Shown in pieces: positions 40,884 through 49,414 of a stretch of 64,000 bases of DNA; the first letter of the stretch is position 1; the number at the start of each line of letters is the position of its first letter. A program made the position numbers and the translations under genes. The stretch spans positions 177,656 through 241,655 of the forward strand of contig CAVRJE010000023.1 of assembly GCA_963721365.1 (NCBI GenBank). Reading direction: 5' to 3'. A model generated the notes under the pieces. It ran no database searches. It was not told the origin of the DNA and saw nothing but the letters and a program-made list of their open reading frames with translations. The stretch is from an uncultured Actinomycetota bacterium. Its GTDB lineage: Bacteria; Actinomycetota; Thermoleophilia; RBG-16-64-13.

Positions 40884-41488
40884 CTAGAGTCCGCCGATGC
40901 GGCCCAGAGGCCAGTACACGGCGAAGGCCTCACCCATGATGGCATCGAGGGTCACCGGGCCAAACACCCTGCTGTCGCCGCTGTTGTTGCGGTTGTCCCC
41001 CATGGCCCAGACGTATCCGGGCCGATGGTTGTCTCAGGGTAGTCGCCCTCGATGGGGTACTCCTTGACGTACGGCTCGTCCTGAGCCACCCCGTTCACGT
41101 AGAGCGCTCCGTCGTGCACCGCGATGGTATCTCCCGCCACGGCGACCACCCGCTTGATGAACGGATCCGAACCCGGCCGTCCGGGAGGGTGGAACACGAT
41201 GACGTCGCCCCGCCGGGGAGGGTGGAAGTGGTAGACCAGCCGGTTGACGAGCACGCGGTCGCCTTCGACCAGCGTCTTCTCCATCGAGGGCGAGGGAATG
41301 GCGAAGGGCTTGACGATGAACTGCTGGACCAATAGCGCAAGAACAAAAGCCGCCGCCACGATGACGACGACTTCTATCACCCACCTGAATGCGCGAGTCC
41401 GGCCTTTTGCCTGGATCGGCGGGGACGTTTCCTCCCCGTCGCTGGTCGGTCCGGGTCCGGTCAGAGCTCCGGAATCGGGTTCACTCAT
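40884..41488 (-). pseudogene. lepB: Signal peptidase I (copy 1, downstream of rplS), one frameshift as assembled
   Basis: ORF 40952..41584 read from ATG 41488: IPSPSMEKTL, GDVIVFHPP, IKRVVAVAGD. After about 41020 the frame changes to GYVWAMGDNRNNSGDSRVFGPV...VYWPLGRIGGL, ending at the stop at 40884. Confidence 0.85.
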
Positions 41489-41504
41489 CCGGCCCTCACT
41501 CCCC

Positions 41505-41846
41505 TCAGACGCGCTTCTCCTTGACGCGGGCTTTCTTGCCCAGCTTCTCGCGCAGGTAGTAGAGCTTGGCCCTGGCGACGTCACCGATGGCCATGACCTC
41601 GATCTTCTCTATCTTGGGAGAGTGCACCGGGAACGTCCGCTCGACGCCCACACCGAACGACTGCTTGCGCACGGTGAACGTCTCGCGCGCCCCCTCGCCT
41701 TGCTTCTTGATGCAGAAACCCTGGAAGACCTGGATGCGCTCCCGGCTCCCTTCGACGACCTTGAAATGCACCCGGACGGTGTCGCCGGATTTGAACGCGG
41801 GGAGATCCCGGAGTTGCGCCCGCTCGAATTCTTCTATCGCACCCAT
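41505..41846 (-). CDS. rplS: 50S ribosomal protein L19
   Basis: ORF 41505..41846: [33 protein letters not shown]. Confidence 0.95.
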   Translation of the reverse strand: MGAIEEFERAQLRDLPAFKSGDTVRVHFKVVEGSRERIQVFQGFCIKKQGEGARETFTVRKQSFGVGVERTFPVHSPKIEKIEVMAIGDVARAKLYYLREKLGKKARVKEKRV

Positions 41847-41982
41847 GTCTTTTACCTAACCCTGATCCTTGGTCCTGCGCCCACCGAAGTACGCCATCTG
41901 GCAGAAAAGTCAGCAGACTTTAGAGCATCGGGCACCCGTTTGCAACCCGCCTCGCCCGGGAAGGCGGCCCGCCTTCCCGGTG

Positions 41983-42594
41983 TCAGAGCGTCTTCCAGTG
42001 CCGGATGGGCCAGTAGACCACGAAAGCGCTGCCGATGATCGTGTCGGTGGAGATCGGCCCGAAGAGCCTGCTGTCGCCGCTGTTGTTGCGGTTGTCGCCC
42101 ATGACGAACACCTCGCCGGCGGGTATGACCGTCTCGGGCATGTCGCCTCTGAAATCCTGTTCGAGAAGATACGGCTCGTCCTGAGCCACTCCGTTCACGT
42201 AGAGCTTGCCCCCCGAGATGGCCACCCGATCGTTCGCTATGGCGACGATCCGCTTGACCAGGTCCTCGTCGGGATTGATGGGCGAGTGGAACACCACGAT
42301 GTCGCCCCGGGCTTCGTCCCGAAAGTGGTAGGAAAGCCGATTCAGCAGGATGCGATCGCCCTCCTCGAGCGTCGGCCTCATGGAGACCTGGTGGATCGTG
42401 AAGGGCTTGACCAGGAAGGCCTGCACCAGCAGGGCGATGGCGAAGGCGGCCGCGACGATCACCACGATCTCGACGACCGTCCCCAGGACGCTCGACTTCT
42501 TCTCCTTGGGCGTCGCCGATGGGACCTCCCCCGGCCGGGACGGCTCGTCGGCCGGCACTCCCTGCCCGGGATGCTGGTCGAACTCCCCGCTCAC
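41983..42594 (-). CDS. lepB: Signal peptidase I (copy 2, between trmD and rplS)
   Basis: C-terminal 203 codons of ORF 41983..42942, starting at GTG 42594 (GTGA overlap with the trmD stop). Motifs HQVSMRPTL, GDIVVFHSP, VKRIVAIAND and GDNRNNSGDSRLFGP. Confidence 0.88.
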   Translation of the reverse strand: MSGEFDQHPGQGVPADEPSRPGEVPSATPKEKKSSVLGTVVEIVVIVAAAFAIALLVQAFLVKPFTIHQVSMRPTLEEGDRILLNRLSYHFRDEARGDIVVFHSPINPDEDLVKRIVAIANDRVAISGGKLYVNGVAQDEPYLLEQDFRGDMPETVIPAGEVFVMGDNRNNSGDSRLFGPISTDTIIGSAFVVYWPIRHWKTL

Positions 42595-43292
42595 CCGGCG
42601 CCCTCCCTCGAGGCCCACGGCGATGGCCGCGCATTCTGCAGGCGCCACCTGGCGATCGCCGCGTGGTCGCCGCTCACCAGCACCGCCGGCACCTCTGCGC
42701 CCGCGTACTCCCGGGGCCGGGTATAGTGCGGGTATTCCACCATGCCTTCCAGCCCCGCGCTGAACGACTCCTCGAGCACGCTGTCCTCGTTGCCGAGAGA
42801 TCCGGGCAGATGGCGGACCACCGCCTCGATGACCGCCAAAGCCGCCACCTCCCCTCCGGCAAGCACGTACGGGCCTATGGAGAGAGAGCCGGTCGCGAAC
42901 AACTCCTCCACCCGTGCATCGAAGCCCTCGAAGCGGCCGCATAGCAGCACCAGGTCGCGCTCGCTCACGGAGAGAGCAAGCCCCACGCCGTGATCGAACG
43001 GCCTTCCTCCCGCGGCCAGCACGTACACGTCCCGCGAATCTCGGACGGTCGTGGCCGGGACGCCGAACACGGCCTCCATAGCCATTCCCACGATGTCCAC
43101 CCGCGTGACCATGCCGGGCCCACCGCCGTAGGGAGAGTCGTCCACTTCATGGTGCGGCAAGGGACTGTATTCGCGGATGTTGTGGATGCCTATCGTCACC
43201 GAGCCGGAATCGATGGCGGCGGAGACGGGATGCTGCCGCACAAACCAGCCGAAGGCATCGGGGACCAGGGTGAAGACGTCGATCCGTTTCAC
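42591..43292 (-). CDS. trmD: tRNA (guanine37-N1)-methyltransferase
   Basis: ORF 42591..43292: DDSPYGGGPGMV, LLCGRFEGFDARV, VLAGGE. Confidence 0.94.
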   Translation of the reverse strand: MKRIDVFTLVPDAFGWFVRQHPVSAAIDSGSVTIGIHNIREYSPLPHHEVDDSPYGGGPGMVTRVDIVGMAMEAVFGVPATTVRDSRDVYVLAAGGRPFDHGVGLALSVSERDLVLLCGRFEGFDARVEELFATGSLSIGPYVLAGGEVAALAVIEAVVRHLPGSLGNEDSVLEESFSAGLEGMVEYPHYTRPREYAGAEVPAVLVSGDHAAIARWRLQNARPSPWASREGAG

Positions 43293-43891
43293 GACGGGCC
43301 GCCGCCGTCGGGGCCCTCCGCGTCGGTCAACTGTTCCCCGCTCGGAGCGCCGGAGATGCTGACGAACTCGGGGTCGACGACCAGATAGCCCGCCTCCATG
43401 GCGACCACGGGGACGGCCGCCCGCACGAACGGCACGAGCGCTTCGCCCCCGGCCTTGAGCGAGACGACCAGGATCGCGTGGGCCGGAGAGTCAAGCGCGT
43501 CGACGATCCGGCCCATGACCGATCCGGAGGGATCGCGCACATCGAGGCCGATGAGGTCGAACGGGTAGAACTCGTCCTCTTCCAACTCCGGTAGTTCGTC
43601 GGATCGGACCTCGAGCACATAGCCGCCCAGAGCTTCGGCCCGGCCGCGATCCTCGATCTCGCGGAAGGCGACGATGGGGAACGCCTCGTCGCCCCTGACG
43701 CTCTCGACCGTCAGAGGCACCTGCTCGGGCAGCCGCGAACCGGCCACTCCGGTCCGCCCGGGCCGCGCGTGCAACTGGGCTCCCGGTTGGAACCGTTCGG
43801 GGTTGTCCGAACTGAGCGACACCCGCACCTCTCCGTGTACGCCGTGGGGCCGGGATATGCGCCCCACCTCGATCCACTCGGGCCGCGGCAT
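43289..43891 (-). CDS. rimM: 16S rRNA processing protein RimM
   Basis: ORF 43289..43891: IEVGRISRPHGVHGEVRV, followed by a PRC barrel. ATGA overlap with trmD. Confidence 0.92.
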   Translation of the reverse strand: MPRPEWIEVGRISRPHGVHGEVRVSLSSDNPERFQPGAQLHARPGRTGVAGSRLPEQVPLTVESVRGDEAFPIVAFREIEDRGRAEALGGYVLEVRSDELPELEEDEFYPFDLIGLDVRDPSGSVMGRIVDALDSPAHAILVVSLKAGGEALVPFVRAAVPVVAMEAGYLVVDPEFVSISGAPSGEQLTDAEGPDGGGPS

Positions 43892-44065
43892 GCCGGCGCG
43901 CTCAGACGCGAGCCGGAGTGAAGGTACGCCGGCAGGCTGCGATGGACGCGGATGAGGCTAGGACGCAGGAAGCGTCCGTAGCGGAGCTACGGGCGCGCCC
44001 GAGGACAACGCATCGTACCGTACAGTGCAGACTCGGCGGCCGCAGCCTCACTTCGTATCGCGTCC

Positions 44066-44296
44066 CTAGTCCGCGATCTCGACTGTGGCCTGCCTGCCGT
44101 CGCGCACGGCGCTCGCTTTGACCACCGTCCTGATGGCCCGCGCTATGCGGCCCTGCTTGCCGATGACCTTCCCCACGTCCTCTTTGGCGACGGTCAGCCG
44201 CAGCAGCACGCCGTCGGCCGTGTCGATCTGCTCCACCCGGACTTGTTCCGGATGGTCCACGAGCGACCGGGCCAGGAATTCGAGCAGCTCTTTCAA
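44066..44296 (-). CDS. KH-domain RNA-binding protein (YlqC family)
   Basis: ORF 44066..44296: LLEFLARSLVDHPEQVRV...KEDVGKVIGKQGRIARAIRTVV. Confidence 0.9.
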   Translation of the reverse strand: MKELLEFLARSLVDHPEQVRVEQIDTADGVLLRLTVAKEDVGKVIGKQGRIARAIRTVVKASAVRDGRQATVEIAD

Positions 44297-44539
44297 CTAG
44301 ACGATTCCTTTAATACTAAAAAGTTTGCGCACCGTATCGGAAGGTTGAGCGCCATTCTTGAGCCACTCCTTGGCCCTGGTCTCGTCAACGTCGATCGTGG
44401 ACGGATCGGTCTGCGGGTTGTAGAAGCCGATGTTCTCGATGAAGCGGCCGTCACGAGCCCGCCGGGAGTCGGCCACCACGATGCGGTACGTGGGATGTTT
44501 CTTGCTGCCCCTGCGTGCCAGTCGTATCGCTGTCGCCAT
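44297..44539 (-). CDS. rpsP: 30S ribosomal protein S16
   Basis: ORF 44297..44539: [41 protein letters not shown]-type RBS lies upstream. Confidence 0.95.
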   Translation of the reverse strand: MATAIRLARRGSKKHPTYRIVVADSRRARDGRFIENIGFYNPQTDPSTIDVDETRAKEWLKNGAQPSDTVRKLFSIKGIV

Positions 44540-44556
44540 TAGTCACCTCCTCCCCT

Positions 44557-45892
44557 TCAACTCGGGTTGCCGAACATCTGGAAGGGATTCTTCGGCATCC
44601 TGCCCGATCCCAACTGCTTCATCATCTTCTGGACCTGCTTGAACTGGTTGAGCAGTTGGTTGACGGAATGGATATCCGAGCCCGCCCCGGCGGCGATGCG
44701 CTTGCGGCGGCTCCCGTTGATGATCTCGGGATGGCGGCGCTCCTCCGGCGTCATCGCGAAGATGACAGCCTGGATCTTGTCGAACGCCTTGTCGTCGACC
44801 TGGAGGCCTTTGAGCTTGTTGGACAGGGATACCGGGGATCATGCCGATGAGGCTCGACAGCGATCCCATGCGCCGTACCTGCTGGATCTGCTCGAGGAAG
44901 TCGTCGAAGGTGAAGGTGCTCTTGCGCAGCTTCTGCTCGAGCTCGCGCGCCTTCTTCTCGTCGATAGTGCGTTCCGCCTTCTCGATGAGCGAGAGGACGT
45001 CGCCCATCCCCAGGATCCGGGAGGCCACCCGGTCGGGGTGGAAATACTCGAAGTTGTCGAGCTTCTCGCCGCTGCTGGCGAACTTGATCGGCTTGCCGGT
45101 GACGGCGCGGACCGACAGGGCGGCGCCACCGCGGGCATCCCCGTCCATCTTGGTGAGGATCACTCCATCGAACTGCACCCGCTCCTGGAACTGCAGCGCC
45201 ACGTTCACCGCGTCCTGGCCGGTCATGGCGTCCAGGACCAGGAGGATGTTGTGCGGCTTCACCGTGTTGCGGATCCGGGCGATCTCTTCCATGAGCTTCT
45301 CGTCGATGTGCAGACGGCCGGCGGTGTCGATGATGAGGACGTCGCGGCCCTTCGTGCGCGCCCATTCCACCCCGTGCTTGGCTATGTCCACCGGATCGGC
45401 TTTGTTGCCCTCGTCGTACACGGGCACGCCCAGTTGGTCACCGAGGGTCTTGAGCTGGTCGATGGCAGCCGGCCGGTACACGTCCGCCGCCACCAGACCG
45501 GGGCTCTTGCCCTCGGAGAGCAGGAACTTGGCCAGCTTGCCGCAGGCTGTGGTCTTGCCGGAGCCCTGCAGGCCGACCATCATGATGACCGTCGGGGGGC
45601 GCGGGGAGAAGGTCAGCTTGGTCGAGGCCGACCCCATGATGGCGGTCAGCTCTTCGTTCACGATCTTGATGAACTGCTGTACCGGGGTGAGGCTCTCGAG
45701 GACCTCGGCGCCTAGCGCCCGTTCCTTGACCTTGTCGACGAACTGCTTGACCACCTTGTAGTTGACGTCCGCCTCGAGCAGGGCGAGACGGATCTCGCGG
45801 GCGGCCCGCTCCACGTCTTTCTCCGTGAGCTTGCCCTGGCCTTTGAGGCCGTCCAGAGCGGTCTGCAGCTTATCTGAAAGGGTTTCGAACAC
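44557..45892 (-). pseudogene. ffh: Signal recognition particle protein Ffh, one frameshift as assembled
   Basis: The N and G domains are in ORF 44543..45892 (GLQGSGKTTACGKLA, DTAGRL, TKMDGDARGGAALS). The M domain from about 44825 continues in the frame of ORF 44557..44754: [49 protein letters not shown]. Confidence 0.88.
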
Positions 45893-46117
45893 CTGTCACC
45901 TTGTCGTCGCCGGGTGCATCGCGGGCACCGCTTCGCAGCGGCCCCCATGCGGCCGCGAATGAGGGAGTTTACCGTCGGGCAACCTCCAGTCAAACGCAGG
46001 CGGGGATGGGACATGCGGGCTCGCCAACGGCCGCATGAGTGTGACATGACCAGCCGCAGTTGTCCCCATCCGCCCGTCGCTTCAAAGCATGCTCGCAGAC
46101 GACCTTTTACCTTCCTA

Positions 46118-46155
46118 TGACAAACCGCTGACGGTCGTCTGACAAAAGTCTGTCA
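46118..46155 (+). promoter_or_regulatory. Phased TGAC/TGTC repeats, a candidate response-regulator operator
   Basis: TGAC occurs at 46118, 46129 and 46140, and TGTC at 46151, an exact 11-nt spacing. TGACAAA occurs twice (46118 and 46140). TGACA..TGTCA forms an inverted pair at 46140..46155. The array lies about 80 nt upstream of the RR start. Confidence 0.4.
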
Positions 46156-46233
46156 TGCTGGGGAACGTAGCTGATCCGGCAGCAGGGGACGAGCGGGTGG
46201 CGTGAACGAGTTGCCGCGCCAGAGGAGGGCCGG

Positions 46234-46907
46234 ATGGGGCTGGTGGTCCTTGTCATCGAGGACGAGCAGAGCATCGCGAATGTCGTGCGCATCGCGCTTG
46301 AGCGGGATGGGTACCGCGCTGTGCTGGCGAGCACTGGAGAAGCGGCTCTCGTCTACCTCGATCGTTCCCACGTGGACCTGGTGGTGCTAGACATCGGGCT
46401 GCCAGGCATCGATGGTCTCGAAGTCTGCCGCCGGATCCGCAGTTCTTCGGATCTTCCCGTAATAATGCTGACGGCGCGGGACGAGGAAGCGGATCGAGTG
46501 GTCGGGCTGGAGCTGGGCGCAGACGATTACGTCTCGAAGCCGTTCTCTCCGCGCGAACTAGTGGCCCGTGTCCAGAGCGGTCCTCAGGCGCGCGCGCCCT
46601 TCTGGCAGCCGAGAGCGATCACCTAGAAGTCGGAATGGTCACCCTTTCGCGCTCGGGACACGAGGCTACCGTGGCCGGCAAGAAGCTGGATCTCTCTCCG
46701 ACCGAGTTCCAACTCCTCGCCTTCCTCCTAGAAAACGCGGGCAAGGTCGTGACGAGGGAGAGGCTACTGGACCAGGTCTGGGGACTTGCGTTTCCCGGCG
46801 GGACACGCACGGTAGACCAGCACGTCGCGCAACTGCGCACCAAGCTCGGCCGTCCTGACTTGATCGAGACGGTGAAGGGCGTCGGCTACAGGATGATACG
46901 CCCATGA
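46234..46907 (+). pseudogene. OmpR/PhoB-family response regulator, two frameshifts in the inter-domain linker as assembled
   Basis: The receiver domain is in ORF 46234..46626 (LVIEDEQSI, VLDIGLPGIDG, SKPFSPRELVARV). The linker RAVLRRARPSG is in ORF 46568..46858. The winged-helix domain is in ORF 46635..46907 (LSPTEFQLLAFLLENAGKVVTRERLLDQVWG..VKGVGYRM). Shifts fall at about 46572 and 46600. Confidence 0.85.
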
Positions 46908-48388
46908 AGACCGTCCGGCGCATCACCAAGACGCCACGTCGATACATGGCCGCGGTCCTCAGGCCCATCTGGCGTGTCTTGCGGCGGATCGTCATCGGCA
47001 AAGACCCTCCGACGCTGCGAGACGTTCTCTTTCGGGTGATCTTGGTCGCCGTTTGTATCCCGGTCGCGCTGTTCGTCTGGGCCAACCCGCAGCAGTCGCA
47101 GCAAACCAATCTAGAGCTCCAGTCGCTCCAGCGTTCTTTTCAAGAGGGTCACACGTATCCAAATCCCCCTGCTCCGGCGGCCGACTTCGAGCAAATGAAG
47201 CAAGTCGTCCTTATGAACGGCCCGGCAAAAGCGGAATCGTCCGAGGAATGGCCGCTCAGCTCATTGGCCTGGAATAGCCTGGCCCAAACCCACTCACTCC
47301 CTCCGTCGGTCCTCACCGACCTCCAGACGAAAGGCTATTCATACGGCGATTGCCTCTTCATGGGCGAAAAAGCCCGCTTCGCCGCCTGGCGCGCCCCGGC
47401 CGCCTCCGATCAAGATCTCGATTCCTTCCATATGGTCGTGGCTCAACCTTGGACTTGGTACTGGAGTCTGGCGCGCTGGGGCATGCAGCTACTGATGTTA
47501 CTGGCCCTGCTGTCCGTCATCGCCTCCCCTGCTGCCTGGTTTCTGGAGCGACAAATCGCGAGGCCGGTGTTTCGCCTGGCCGAGGCGAGCAAGGTCCTGG
47601 CAAGCGGCGGTCACCCCGTGCCCCTGCCGGCCAAAGGCCCGGCCGAACTCCTCGTGCTCAGCGATTCCTTCAACCACATGGCGAACGAGTTGGAGAGGGC
47701 GCAGGCGGCCGAGCGGGGCTTCCTGCTATCGGTCAGCCACGAATTGAAGACGCCGCTAACCGCGATCGAGGGCTATGCCGAGCTTCTCGGGGACGAGGCG
47801 GTGACGGCCAAGGAGGCGGCGCCGGTCCTCATCAGCGAGGCCAAGCGCCTTCGCCGACTGGTGAGCGATCTCCTCGATCTGGCCAAGATCCACCAGAGTT
47901 CCTTCTCCATCAGACACGAACCGGTCCTTCTCTCGGCTGTCGTCGAAGAGGTGACCAAGCGCCACAAGGCCGAAGCGAAGGAGCTGGGGGTACAACTCAT
48001 CTCGGTCTCCTCAGGCGCGGCTGGGATATTGGGAGACGAGGACCGCTTGGTACAGGCGCTATCCAATCTTGTCGAGAACGCGCTCCGCTGCACGCCTAGA
48101 GGCAAGACGGTCTCCGTGAACGCGAGCGGGACGCGAGTCGCGGTCAGCGATGAAGGCCCCGGGCTTTCGGCCGAAGACCTCCCACACGCCTTCGAGCGAT
48201 TCTATCTTCATAGCCGCTTGAAGGGCCAGAACAACGTCGGAAGCGGGCTAGGCCTCGCCATAGTCAAGGAGCTCGTCGACAGAATGGGCGGCGAAGTCAC
48301 TGTCGAAAGTGAGCCGGGAAAGGGCTCGCGATTTGCAGCGGAGTTCCCGCCCGCTCCAACAGAACTTGACCGTGCCTCGCGCAGTTAA
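46904..48388 (+). CDS. Sensor histidine kinase with two TM segments and an ~150-aa extracytoplasmic domain of unknown type
   Basis: ORF 46904..48388, continuous, with an ATGA overlap with the RR gene. TM segments VLFRVILVAVCIPVALFVWA and WGMQLLMLLALLSVIASPAAWFL, H-box SVSHELKTPLTAIEGY, N-box LVENALRCTP, G-boxes DEGPGL and GSGLGLAIV. Confidence 0.9.
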   Translation: MKTVRRITKTPRRYMAAVLRPIWRVLRRIVIGKDPPTLRDVLFRVILVAVCIPVALFVWANPQQSQQTNLELQSLQRSFQEGHTYPNPPAPAADFEQMKQVVLMNGPAKAESSEEWPLSSLAWNSLAQTHSLPPSVLTDLQTKGYSYGDCLFMGEKARFAAWRAPAASDQDLDSFHMVVAQPWTWYWSLARWGMQLLMLLALLSVIASPAAWFLERQIARPVFRLAEASKVLASGGHPVPLPAKGPAELLVLSDSFNHMANELERAQAAERGFLLSVSHELKTPLTAIEGYAELLGDEAVTAKEAAPVLISEAKRLRRLVSDLLDLAKIHQSSFSIRHEPVLLSAVVEEVTKRHKAEAKELGVQLISVSSGAAGILGDEDRLVQALSNLVENALRCTPRGKTVSVNASGTRVAVSDEGPGLSAEDLPHAFERFYLHSRLKGQNNVGSGLGLAIVKELVDRMGGEVTVESEPGKGSRFAAEFPPAPTELDRASRS

Positions 48389-48405
48389 GAGCGACAGGCT
48401 GTCAA

Positions 48406-49410
48406 TCAGCCCCGGGCCAGCGAATCGTCGAACAGCATCGAGGCGAACTCGAGCGGGTCGAACGGCTGCAGGCTCTCCAGCTTCTCCCCCGTCCCGATGA
48501 GCTTGATGGGAAGGTCCAGCTCGTGGGACACGGCCAGCGCGATGCCCCCCTTCGCCGTTCCGTCCATCTTGGTCAGCACCACGCCGGTCAGGTCGACCGC
48601 CTCCTTGAACATGCGGGCCTGGATGAGGCCGTTCTGCCCGGTGGTCGCGTCGATGGTGAGCAGGCATTCATGCGGAGCGTCCGGCATCCGCTTCTTGATC
48701 ACCCGGGAGACTTTCTCGAGTTCCTTCATGAGGTTCACCTGCGTATGCAGCCGCCCGGCGGTATCGATGATCACCACGTCCACCTTGCGGGCTTCCGCCG
48801 CGGCCAGCCCGTCATAAACGACGGCTCCCGGATCGCCGCCCCGCTCGTGCTTGACCACCTCGCACCCCACCCGGTGGCCCCACTCGGTGAGTTGCTCTAC
48901 CGCCGCGGCCCGGAACGTGTCTCCAGCGACCAGCAGAGGCTCCTTGCCCAGTTGCTTCAGGTGCCAGGCGATCTTGCCGATCGTGGTGGTCTTGCCGGTG
49001 CCGTTCACGCCCACCATGAGGATGACGGCCGGCGAATGAGCCACGTCTATCCGCCTGTCGCCCTGGCAGAAATGCTCGGCCGTGATCTCGCGGAGCCTCT
49101 TCAGCAGGCCGGCCGAGTCCTTGATCTCGCCCGCGTTGGCCTCGGCCTCGAGCTTCTCCACGATCGAGACCGTCGTATCGACACCCACGTCGGCGTAGAT
49201 GAGGGCCTCCTCGATCTTCTCCCACAACTCCTCGTCGAAGCGGTCGAACATGACCGAGGCGAACTGCTGCTGCAGCGCCTTGCGGCTCTTGGATAGGCCG
49301 TCCTTGAGTTGCGACAGCCAGCCGCCCCGTTTCTGTTGCTCCAGGTCCAAAGGGTCCGGCACCTGGCCGCCGGTCACGCCTATGAACACCTCTGACCAGT
49401 TGTGGCTCAA
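48406..49410 (-). CDS. ftsY: Signal recognition particle receptor FtsY (short N-terminal form)
   Basis: ORF 48406..49410, continuous: GVNGTGKTTTIGKIA, DTAGRLH, TKMDGTAKGG. Confidence 0.94.
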   Translation of the reverse strand: MSHNWSEVFIGVTGGQVPDPLDLEQQKRGGWLSQLKDGLSKSRKALQQQFASVMFDRFDEELWEKIEEALIYADVGVDTTVSIVEKLEAEANAGEIKDSAGLLKRLREITAEHFCQGDRRIDVAHSPAVILMVGVNGTGKTTTIGKIAWHLKQLGKEPLLVAGDTFRAAAVEQLTEWGHRVGCEVVKHERGGDPGAVVYDGLAAAEARKVDVVIIDTAGRLHTQVNLMKELEKVSRVIKKRMPDAPHECLLTIDATTGQNGLIQARMFKEAVDLTGVVLTKMDGTAKGGIALAVSHELDLPIKLIGTGEKLESLQPFDPLEFASMLFDDSLARG

Positions 49411-49414
49411 CTCT

